Positions 53,952-64,000 of a stretch of 64,000 nucleotides of DNA are shown here, piece after piece (the first letter of the stretch is position 1; each line of letters starts with the position of its first letter). The DNA lies in NCBI GenBank assembly GCA_951406725.2, contig OX597835.1, positions 15,314,001 to 15,378,000 on the forward strand, read 5' to 3'. Origin of the DNA: Octopus vulgaris (taxonomy: Eukaryota). The notes under the pieces were generated by a model. It made no database searches, was not told where the DNA came from, and worked only from the letters and a program-made list of their open reading frames with translations. Position numbers and translations under genes: made by a program.

Positions 53952-54727
53952 TGGTGGTTCTCAACCAGAGTCCATACAACCCTGGGTGGGGGGAATCCAT
54001 ATAAGATTTTGTGGGGTTCATGCAATCAAAATAGTATTTTAAGGGCCCCTGAAGAGATTTTGCTTTAGATGTATGTATTGGTATGCATTGCAAGAAGCAG
54101 CAAGGTTCCTTTCCCTTAGCAGAGTTCAACCTACACAAGTTAATGTGTGGAAAACAAAAGAGGAATTTTGAAAGAAGTCTGTATAAAACTAGTTTTTAAA
54201 CATTGAATGACTGGGGGGGGGCACCGGAATGAAATAGTAACCAAAGGGCACCATAGATAAAAAAAAAATGGTTGAGAACCCCTGCTTTAGATGTATGTAT
54301 TGCAAGGAACAGCTGGGTTTCATTCTATGACATTTTACACTAGTTCAACCTACACAAGTTAATGTGTGGAAAACACAAAAAGGAATTCTTAAAGAAGTTC
54401 CTATAAAACTAGTTTTTAAGCATCAAATGAGTATGAGGGTCCACCAGAATGAAATAGTAATCAAAGGGCTCCATAAATAAAGAATGGTTGAGAATCCCTG
54501 CTTTAGGTGTATGTATTGGTATGTATTGTAAGAAACAGGTAGGGTTCTTTCTCTAATATTTTACATTGTTCAACCTAAACAAGTTAATGTGTAAAACACA
54601 AAACAGGAATTTTAAAAGAAGTTTCTCTAAAACTACTTCTTAAATGTTGAACGGCTATGGGGGTCCACCTGAATAGAACAGCAATCAAAGGGGTCCATAG
54701 ATAAATAAAAATGGTTGAAAACCACTT
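53952..54727. mobile_element. hAT MITE with right end tandemly triplicated (about 220-bp period)
   Basis: TIR-like GTGGTTCTCAACC / GGTTGA(G/A)AACC; 8-bp TSD GTCTAACT/ATCTAACT; units start near 54062, 54283 and 54500. Confidence 0.75.
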
Positions 54728-54811
54728 ATCTAACTGTAGGAAAAACAATATATAAGTCAGTGCCTTCTCTCTTCTCTCAGTCTATCTGTCTGTCTATTTA
54801 TATATTTATAT

Positions 54812-55026
54812 ACTCTTTTACTCTCTCTTTACTCTTTTACTTGTTTCAGTCATTTGACTGCAGCCATGCTGGAGCACCGCCTTTAGTCGAGCAAATCGAC
54901 CCCAGGACTTATTCTCTGTAAGCCCAGTACTTATTCTATCGGTCTCTTTTGCTGAACCGCTAAGTGACGGGGACGTAAACACACCAGCATCGGTTGTCAA
55001 GCAATGCTAGGGGGACAGACACACAA

Positions 55027-55079
<53 letters not shown>

Positions 55080-55243
55080 TACAACAGGCTTCTTTCAGTT
55101 TCCGTCTACCAAATCCACTCACAAGGCATTGGTCGGCCCGGGGCTATAGCAGAAGACACTTGCCCAACATGCCACGCAGTGGGACTGAATCCGGAATCAT
55201 GTGGTTCATTAGCAAGCTACTTACCACACAGCCACTCCTGCGG
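54812..55243 (-). mobile_element. SINE family C, full length
   Basis: Matches 15250-15658. Confidence 0.9.
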
Positions 55244-55730
55244 CTATTTATTTTGTTTAACTAAAGATGTCTAAATTTAGCCCTTTACCACCGAGATAAC
55301 TCTGTCAAATGTGAAATGCTTATTTATTGACATTGTTTTGAATTAATCATGCATCATTTCATGGCTTTGGGGCTTCAATGACATTATTTACTGCTAGAAT
55401 GGCATGGTAGCATAGGTGTGAGAGGCTGGGTCTGGCCAGTTTGAACCTAAAACAGGCAGAATAATTGGGCCAAAATGGCCAGTTTAAATCCTATTTGGTC
55501 AAGTCTGACCATGTAAATTAGCTTCATCCATCTGTCCCTTCCTCTCACTTTCTATTTGTCATTTTACTTTATTCTTTAATCTTTTGTTTTGTATCTTTCA
55601 ATCATTTCAGTCATTAGATTGCAGCAGCCATGCTGGACACCACTTGGAAGAATTTTAGGGACATGAATCAACCTCAGGCCTTTTTCTTTTGCCGAACCCC
55701 TAAGTTACACTGTTTGTTTAGCAGTGGTGG

Positions 55731-56856
55731 AGCGCAGGAGTGACTGTGTGGTAAGTAGCTTGCTTACCAACCACATGGTTCCGGGTTCAGTCCCACTGTG
55801 TGGCACCTTGGGCAAGTGTCTTCTGCTATAGCCTCGGGCCGACCAATGCCTTGTGAGTGGATTTGGTAGACGGAAACTGAAAGAAGCCTGTCGTATATAT
55901 GTATTTTTTTTTTCTAGTTTCAGCTCAGAGCTGCGGCCATGCTGATGCATCAGTTGTCAAGCAATGCTAGGGGGACAAACACAGACACACACTCATATAT
56001 ATATATATATACATATATACGACAGGCTTCTTTCAGTTTCCGTCTACTAAATCCACTCACAAGGCTTTGGTCGGCCCGAGGCTATAGTAGAAGACACTTG
56101 CCCAAGGTGCCATGCAGTGGGACTGAACCCAGAACCATGTGGTTGGTAAACAAGCTACTTACCACACAGCAACGAGGATATCCAGAGGTAATGCTGTACG
56201 ATCGTTTCATGCAACTCCATTTAATTGATCAATGCAATCGTTACATCAATTTAAAATGTAGAGCAATCTTCAGTTGCACAAAGACATGGAACTTCCTTAA
56301 CGTCTTGGAGATTTTAGGTATAATTATACTAACGTGTCCATCTGTTCTAATATAATTAAATTCTATGTGTTTGGAAAGCAAGTTTCTTACTACACAGCCA
56401 CGCCTGCGCCTATTTATTTATATATTTATTCATCTATTTATTATTTATTTATTGGCAGGCGCAGGAGTGGCCGTGTGGTAAGTAGCTTGTTTACCAACCA
56501 CATGGTTCCGGGTTCAGTCCCACTGCATGGCACCTTGGGCAAATGTCTTCTACTATAGCCTTGGGCCGACCAAAGCCTTGTGAGTGGATTTGGTAGACGG
56601 AAACTGAAAGAAGCCCGTCGTATATATGTATATATATATGTGTGCATGTATGTTTATGTTTGTCCCCCTAGCACTGCTTGACATCCGATGCTGGTGTGTT
56701 TGCGTCCCCGTCACTTAGCAGTTCGGCAAAAGAGACCGATAGAATAAGTACTGGGCTTACAAAAGAATAAGTCCCGGGGTCGAGTTGCTCGATTAAAGGC
56801 GGTGCTCCAGCATGGCCGCAGTCAAATGACTGAAACAAGTAAAAGAGTAAAAGAGT
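55731..56856. mobile_element. Cluster of SINE C copies in alternating orientation
   Basis: Plus 55731-55900, minus 55945-56170, plus full length 56458-56856. Confidence 0.85.
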
Positions 56857-57330
56857 GATCTTTCAGTTTTGGACTCCGGAATGCTGGTTGACATGAGGTG
56901 ACAACGTCATTTCCCGTCATTTTCTGTCTAACTTAAGGAAAGCTTGTGTGGGTGAACATTGTCTTATCAATAACGAAGGATTACCTCTCAATTTATTTTT
57001 GTTTAAGCCATACAAGTCCAACTTTTAAGGTATAACATCTAATTTAATTCCCTCCCTCCGTCCATCCCTCCAGCCAGCCATAAGTCTTTTCCTCCCCCTC
57101 TCTTTCTATCTGTGTATTTATTTTTTTATACACTTGTTTATTTATTATTCATTAAATTATTTTATTTATTTTGTTAAAAACCATAAAAGTTTTTATCAAC
57201 ATTAATTAATTCCCTCATCCTTTCTCTCGCTCTCTCTCTCTTTCTGTCTGTGTATTTATTTTTTATACATTTGTTCATTTTTTATATATTTGTTTATTTA
57301 TCTATTTCTTATTTATTTATTTAATTACTT

Positions 57331-58181
57331 GGATCTTTTCGGTTTGAACGACAGTTTTTTCTAGCGGTGTCATATGAAATTGTCACCCATAATTATGACC
57401 CTAGTATCGATCTATCGCATTTCAATCTGTTTTAGGGTTAGGGGTGGGGGAAGGGTATCTTTTTTTTCTTCACAAATGTAAATAAACCGGATCTTTTTGG
57501 TTTGAACGGCAGTTTTTAACATAATTTCTAGGTAACTAAAAAATTTAAAACTTCGTATACTGGTAGAATGTGTTTATAAAACATCTTTTTCTCTTGGCTT
57601 TATTGAGAAAATTCTATAGTTTGTAAGATATTTTCTTCAATTTCTGCAATTTCAACCAATCAATGACGTCCATTGAGTTAAAAAACATTCTGTGCCGTAT
57701 GAATATGTCCCTCGTTTAAGAAACAGATTGGGTTTATTGGATCTTTTCCTTTTGATAGCTAGATTTCAACACAATTTCTAATTAACTAAGGAGCGGAACC
57801 CCAAGGAAACATTCCACTTGCTCGAGGAACCCGGTTGCAATAATTTAATTGTCTTATGCACACATATCTGCACAGGGGAATTAAAAATTACTGCCGATTT
57901 TAGCAGTTTTGTAACTTCTTGCGGAACCCCTGCACTGGGATCTTTTCGTTTTGATAGCCAGATTTCAACACAATTTCTAGTTAACTAAATAAACACTTTA
58001 AAACTTCGTATACTGGTAGAATGTGTTTATAAAACATCATACCAGTATACGAAGTTTTCACTTTAAAACTTTGTATACTGGTATGATGTTTTATAAACAC
58101 ATTCTACCAGTATACGAAGCTTTAAAGTGTTTAGTTAACTAGAAATTGTGTTGAAATCTAGCTATCAAAACGAAAAGATCC
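57331..58181. mobile_element. Rearranged complex of GGATC-ended TIR elements (Merlin-like by GG ends and 8-bp duplication)
   Basis: Termini GGATCTTTT at 57331, 57489, 57739 and 57938; AAAAGATCC ending at 58181; shared subterminal AAAACTTCGTATACTGGTAGAATGTG. Confidence 0.7.
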
Positions 58182-58604
58182 ATCTATTTATCTAATTTAA
58201 ACCATAAAAAGTCTTTCTCTACGCAAACAACCTCCACCCATGCTTCCATCCATCCATCCATTCATTCATTCGTCACACTCTCCCTCCCTTCCTCTCTCTG
58301 TCTCCCTCCCTCTCTCTCTCTCTCTCTCTCTTTGTGTCTTCGTTCGTTGCTAAACCACATTAAAGGGAGTTAACTATGAGGTAACTCCAACCAACAGAAA
58401 GAAAACCAAAAAAAGCCTCTTTTTATTTTTTTTGTTGTTTTTTATTTTGTGTGAAACGTCGAAGAACCGACACCGAACAACAACAACAACAATTATACAT
58501 ATATATATTATACAAGCATATATATATGTATATACATACGAAGATTCCTGTCGCGATTTTGTAAATGTTCGGGAATTAATTTAGATGGAATGAAGCCAAA
58601 AATC

Positions 58605-58655
58605 ATGGCTGAGCGTTCACTAACATTAACCAGAACAAACTTGGAACTGTCCGAA
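58605..58655 (+). CDS. Candidate first coding exon (MAERSLTLTRTNLELSE), unidentified
   Basis: AAAATCATGG start context, open frame to a strong donor AA|GTAAGA, in non-repetitive CpG-retaining sequence; no homology recognised. Confidence 0.25.
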
Positions 58656-58871
58656 GTAAGAATCCATTCCTTTATTCTGTCTTTCTTCATTCTTTCATTC
58701 TTTCATTCTGTATTCCTTAGATTAAATCACGATTCTGCATTATATACGCCTTTGGTAAAACATGTATTGGTTTATAGGCAGAAGTAATGAATATGAAGAA
58801 TACGTACACCACCCGTTTTCGGCAGAACCAAAACTCTACCCCCACCGGGTGTACATATTCTTTACTTTCAC

Positions 58872-58911
<40 letters not shown>

Positions 58912-58981
58912 GGTGGTGCTCCAGCATGGCCACAGTCTTTGGACTGAAACATATAAAAGAATATATATATATATATAAACA

Positions 58982-59076
58982 AGCAAGTTGACAAAGACCA
59001 CATCACTATATATGGAAGAAAGTCTTTCCATATAGAGCCATTCATTCTACACACCTTCCAAAATTATACATACATA

Positions 59077-59110
<34 letters not shown>

Positions 59111-59874
59111 CCTTTCCAAATTATACATACATACATATATATATGTATATACCTTCCCAAATTATACTTACATATATATATATATATGTATATACCTTCC
59201 CAAATTATACATACATATATATATATGTATATACCTTCCCAAATTATACATATATATATATATAACGGGAAGCTTTATGAAAATAAACAAAAGACGAAGG
59301 CAGGTGGAATACAAACAAACAATTGTATTAGTATATATATATATATACCTTCCCAAATTATACATACATACATATATATATGTGTGTGTGTATGTATGTA
59401 TAATTTGGGAAGGTATATATATATGTATGTATGTATAATTTGGGAAGGTATATATATATATGTATGTATGTATAATTTGGGAAGGTATATATATATGTAT
59501 GTATGTATAATTTGGGAAGGTATATATATATGTATGTATGTATAATTTGGGAAGGTATATACATATATATATGTATGTATGTATAATTTGGGAAGGTATA
59601 TACATATATATATGTATGTATGTATGTATAATTTGGGAAGGTATATACATATATATATGTATGTATGTATAATTTGGGAAGGTATATACATATATGTATG
59701 TATGTATAATTTGGGAAGGTATATACATATATATATGTATGTATGTATAATTTGGGAAGGTATATAGAGAGAGAGATATGTATGTATGTATAATTTTGGA
59801 AGGTGTGTAAAATTAATGGCTCTATATGGAAAGACTTCTTGCGTATATAGTGATGTGGTCTTTGTCACCTTGCT
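58982..59874. repeat. Fold-back of about 890 bp with internal inverted minisatellite arrays
   Basis: Complex outer arms of about 90 bp; ACCTTCCCAAATTATACAT units switch orientation at about 59385. Confidence 0.9.
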
Positions 59875-60102
59875 GGTTTGTTTTTGTTTTTTTTTCCTTT
59901 CATCATGACCAACACCTGAGAATGACTTTATGGATGGAGAGGTGGGGAAATGTGTTAATGGTTGGGAAGCAATGAGCTAGCATTAAAAAAAGCTACTTTA
60001 GAAACATTACTGCTGAAGGTTCGCAACATTAGCAGCAAATCCTTCGTTCTTTTATTATTAATAATAATAGTATTGTTGTTATTATTATTATTATTATAAT
60101 TA

Positions 60103-60149
<47 letters not shown>

Positions 60150-60284
60150 CTCTTCTTGTTCAGAGTTCAAATCCCACCTGGACCCACTTCGTTTTTAATC
60201 CTTAGGGAGTCGTTAATATGAAGTACCCAGTTCAGCAAAAGAAAAATCAAAAAGCATCACTGGCCTTATCCCAAAATCTGAAAC

Positions 60285-60328
<44 letters not shown>

Positions 60329-60569
60329 ATTGTTATTAATTATTACATTTTGAGTTCAAATCTGGTCGAGGTTGATCGACTGCGCCTTTCGTCCTTTCTG
60401 AGTTTTATACAATTAAATAAATTAACGGTCAATTACTGGACTCGATGAGACCGACTTAAATGTCTCTCCCTTCAAAAATAGCTGGCCTTATATGTCTAAA
60501 TTAATTTTTAAAAAACCAGCCACCGTTATCATTTTATTCAAAGTTCATTTTATTTTCATATCTGAACAC

Positions 60570-60640
60570 ATGCCGAGATTCTGGCTGTAACGAAACGACC
60601 ACACATCAGAAGATTCCAGGTTCGCATCCTGGCAAACTCG
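60570..60640 (+). pseudogene. tRNA-Arg(ACG)-like pseudogene
   Basis: 3' half ATCAGAAGATTCCAGGTTCG-ATCCTGGC..CTCG matches metazoan tRNA-Arg(ACG); the 5' half and anticodon are decayed. Confidence 0.55.
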
Positions 60641-60643
60641 TAT

Positions 60644-60709
<66 letters not shown>

Positions 60710-60776
60710 TTATGTTTTATGTTTTCCAGTTTCAGCTCTTGAGCTGTGGCCATGCTGGGGCACCGCCATTTGTGTG

Positions 60777-60807
<31 letters not shown>

Positions 60808-61060
60808 ATATATATATATGTGTGTGTGTGTATATATATATATGTGTGTGTGTGTATATATATATATGTGTGTGTGTGTATATATATATATGTGTGTGTG
60901 TATATATATATATGTGTGTGTGTATATATATATATGTGTGTGTGTGTATATATATATATGTGTGTGTATATATATATATATATATGTGTGTGTGTATATA
61001 TATATATGTGTGTGTGTGTATATATATGTGTGTGTGTGTATATATATATATGTGTGTGTG

Positions 61061-61091
<31 letters not shown>

Positions 61092-61128
61092 ATGTATATA
61101 TGTGTGTGTGTGTGTATATATATATATA

Positions 61129-61185
<57 letters not shown>

Positions 61186-61752
61186 GCATTTGCTTAAATG
61201 GTGACAATAGAGATGTACTTTGATAAAATTAAATCTTTTTATTTATTTGAGAAAATATTTAATTTTGTTTTTATTTCCAAATGAATGTTTTTTTTTATAT
61301 TTTTTTTGTCCAATGTTTACATTCATCACTGTTGCTATTTATAAAAAAATACGCATCCGTTGATTTAGGCAAACGAAAACTTTATTTATTTTCCTAAAAC
61401 TTTATTTATTTATTAACAGATGATAATTTAATTTCTGCAAAAATAAAATTAAATTTAATATATTTCAACAATAAACATTAAAACGAAGTCGGCAAAGTCT
61501 TCGCCGTATGTTTACGACATTTACCGATGAATAATTAATTTCCGTAAATGAGTGATTGAATGGCAGCATCAATCATGTGACAGTCAAGGGACATAAGTGA
61601 AGTCAAAGTGTGCTGCTTGCAAGGAATGGGTCATTCTCTCTGCTAGAAATAGCAGTAAGATTTAAATTGAAGTCACATTTTATAGTCTTAAACAAGGAAT
61701 GACACACTAGATATTGTAGCTGTAGATATGCTACGTCTTGAAATAAGACATG

Positions 61753-61797
61753 ATTGTCACGGTTAGAACGGTGTAACACCGTTCTAACCGTGACAAT
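61753..61797. repeat. Perfect palindrome, 22-bp arms and 1-nt spacer
   Basis: ATTGTCACGGTTAGAACGGTGT-A-ACACCGTTCTAACCGTGACAAT. Confidence 0.95.
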
Positions 61798-62324
61798 GGC
61801 TAAATAACTATAGTTGAGATTAAAGGCAAAGGACAACAGACTATTTTCAAAAATTCACCAAAATAACCAGCAATTCTGTTCAACCCCAGCTCAGGCCTCA
61901 GGGTCAAAAGTATTCGTGACTATCTTGTCTTTTTTTTTTTTTTTTTTTAAGGTTTGAGTGCAGGGTGATTTGGCTGCTGTTTCTAGAAGTTCAGGCGACC
62001 ACATGAGGCTCCATCGTTGGTTTTCGGCAACCGATGTAGAGCCAACAAGAATAGGTTTGGTGTTTAATTCCAGGGGAAAGAATTTAAACTATCAATAAAT
62101 AGATTTGTTGCATAAACCACCAGTGCGTCGAACAAAATTCTTGGCGACGTTTCTTCGAGCTTTTGGCATGTTCCAGATTCAAATTCCGTCCAGATCGACT
62201 TTGCCTTTCTTCCTTTCGAGTTGAACATTGGGGTTCTGTATAATCGACCGAAACCATTATTCTATGCTAATTTAGTTACCCCTGGGTCACATTTGTGACT
62301 TCCACTGAGTTCATTAATTATCTA

Positions 62325-62714
62325 TCTTTCTATCCGCTCAGTCGTAGTCAACTCTCGGTCACTCATTGGATCAGTGTCCTCCAGTCAGTCCTATCCTGAG
62401 CCGCTTCTTTCAGATTGGCTATGTCCATTCCGGTATCACTCTTGATGGTGTCAAGCCAGCGGGTTCTTGGTCGGCCTCTTCCTCTCTTGCCACTGACCAT
62501 TCCAAGCATGATGTCCTTCTCCAGGGATTTTCTCCGCATAATATGACCGAAATATGCCAATCTATGCTTGGTGATCCTAGCTTCTAGCGACATTTTCGGC
62601 TTGATCTGCTTAAGAACTTCTCCATTGGTGAGCCTCGCTGTCCATGGAATCCGTAAATGTCTTCTCCAACACCAAAGCTCGAATGCATTAATTCTCTTCT
62701 GGTCAGCTTTCTTT
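62325..62714 (-). pseudogene. RTE/BovB-like LINE 3' end
   Basis: RINAFELWCWRRHLRIPWTAR..SLEARITKHRLAYFGHIMRRKSLEKDIMLGMVSGKRGRGRPRTRWLDTIK..QDRTDWR; the frame is open over about 115 codons. Confidence 0.9.
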
Positions 62715-62721
62715 ATATTCT

Positions 62722-62905
62722 TTTTTTATTCTTTTACTTGTTTCAGTCATTTGACTGCGGCCATGCTGGAGCACCGGGACTTATTCTTTTTAAGCCCAGT
62801 ACTTATTCTATCGGTCTCTTTTGCCGAACCGCTAGTGACGGGGACGTAAACACACCAGCATCGGTTGTCAAGCAATGCTAGGGGGACAAACAGACATACA
62901 CACAA

Positions 62906-62936
<31 letters not shown>

Positions 62937-63111
62937 CATACATACATACGATGGGCTTCTTTCAGTTTCCGTCTACCAAATCCACTCACAAGGCATTGGT
63001 CGGCCCGGGGCTATAGCAGAAGACACTTGCCCAATATGCCACGCAGTGGGACTGAACCCGGAACCATGTGGTTGGTTAGCAAGCTACTTACCACACAGCC
63101 ACTCCTGCGCC
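62722..63111 (-). mobile_element. SINE family C, near full length
   Basis: Abuts the 5' truncation of the RTE fragment; further degenerate copies at 63230-63830. Confidence 0.9.
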
Positions 63112-64000
63112 TATATATATATATAACTTCCAGTTAAATCATCGAAGTTGTTCCCCTTGGGTCAGTTATCTCCTAAGTACCTCATTGTTTTCCATGTTAA
63201 CCACAAAGCTTGTTTCTGGGTGTCTCTATCTTCTATCTTTTATCTGCTTGACTGCGGCCATGCTGGAGTGTCACCTTGACGGGATTTTAGTAAAACAAAT
63301 CAATTTCGGAGCTTTTTTTTTTTTTTTTTTGTAAAAATCTAGTACTTATAATATCGATCTCGATACCGATCTGCTAAGTTATGGGGACGTAAACACACCA
63401 ACACCAGTTGTCAAGCCGTGATGGGAGAGAGCACTGACACACGCACACACACACATATATCTCGTGTTTGTGTGGTAAGAAGCTTACGTCCCAGCCACAT
63501 CATGGTCCCAGGTTCAGTACCACTGCATGGCACCTTGGGCAAGTGTCTGCATTTGCCCCCACCACCACCACCACCACCGCTTGACAACCGGTGCTGGTGT
63601 GTTTACGTCCCCGTAACTTAGCAGTCCGGCAAAAGAGATCGATAGAAAAGTGACAGGCTTTATTAAAAAAAAAGTACTGGGGTTGATACATTTTACAAAA
63701 GAACTCTTTCAAGGCAGTGCCCCAGAATGGCCGCAGCCTAATGACTGAAACAAGTAAAAGATAAAAGATATATAAATATGTATATACGACGGGCTTCGTT
63801 CAGTTTCCGTCTATCAAATTCACTCATACACGTTGGTTTGCATCAAAATTCAGCTTGTACCTACCATTGGAACACAATGCCTGGCTAGTAAGTAGCGCTA
63901 ACATACACCTGTGCCAGTGGCACATAAAAAGCACCATCCGAACGTGGCCGACGCCAGCACTGCCTCGACTGGCTCCAGTGCCAGTGGCACATAAAAAGCA

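Noticed and set aside
57432-57443. Telomere-like TTAGGGTTAGGG
   Set aside because: Only two units, internal to the TIR element.
58002-58056. loxP-like arms AACTTCGTATA..TATACGAAGTT
   Set aside because: Only 11 of 13 arm bases match, the spacer is 33 nt rather than 8, and the motif is a subterminal part of the TIR element (also at about 57549). Treated as coincidence.

Overview
Eukaryotic, AT-rich, repeat-saturated DNA that looks intronic or intergenic. The mix of SINE families and the extreme (TA)n/(CA)n/(ATT)n/(GATA)n load suggest a coleoid cephalopod (Octopus-like); this is an inference, not a database result. No host protein-coding gene is recognisable, and nearly all long ORFs in the track are microsatellite or SINE artefacts. 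Supported content: three abundant tRNA-derived SINE families plus an RTE-tailed SINE; decayed RTE/BovB-like and R4/Dong-like LINE 3' ends; a mariner transposase remnant; Tc1/mariner and hAT MITEs; three non-autonomous Helitrons; a Helentron-type element; a GG-ended TIR complex; a possible solo LTR; a tRNA-Arg pseudogene; and several minisatellites. Main observations: (1) repeated small fold-back elements carrying minimal hammerhead-ribozyme motifs in both arms (Penelope pLTR-like; best copy at 38314-38357); (2) SINE concatemers that restart at the same internal hairpin position at four loci; (3) a TIR-element inversion with an inverted 8-bp target duplication; (4) several locally templated insertions and long hairpins; (5) a CpG-decayed domain at about 47.5-56.4 kb. 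Coordinates were read by eye and may be off by a few bases.
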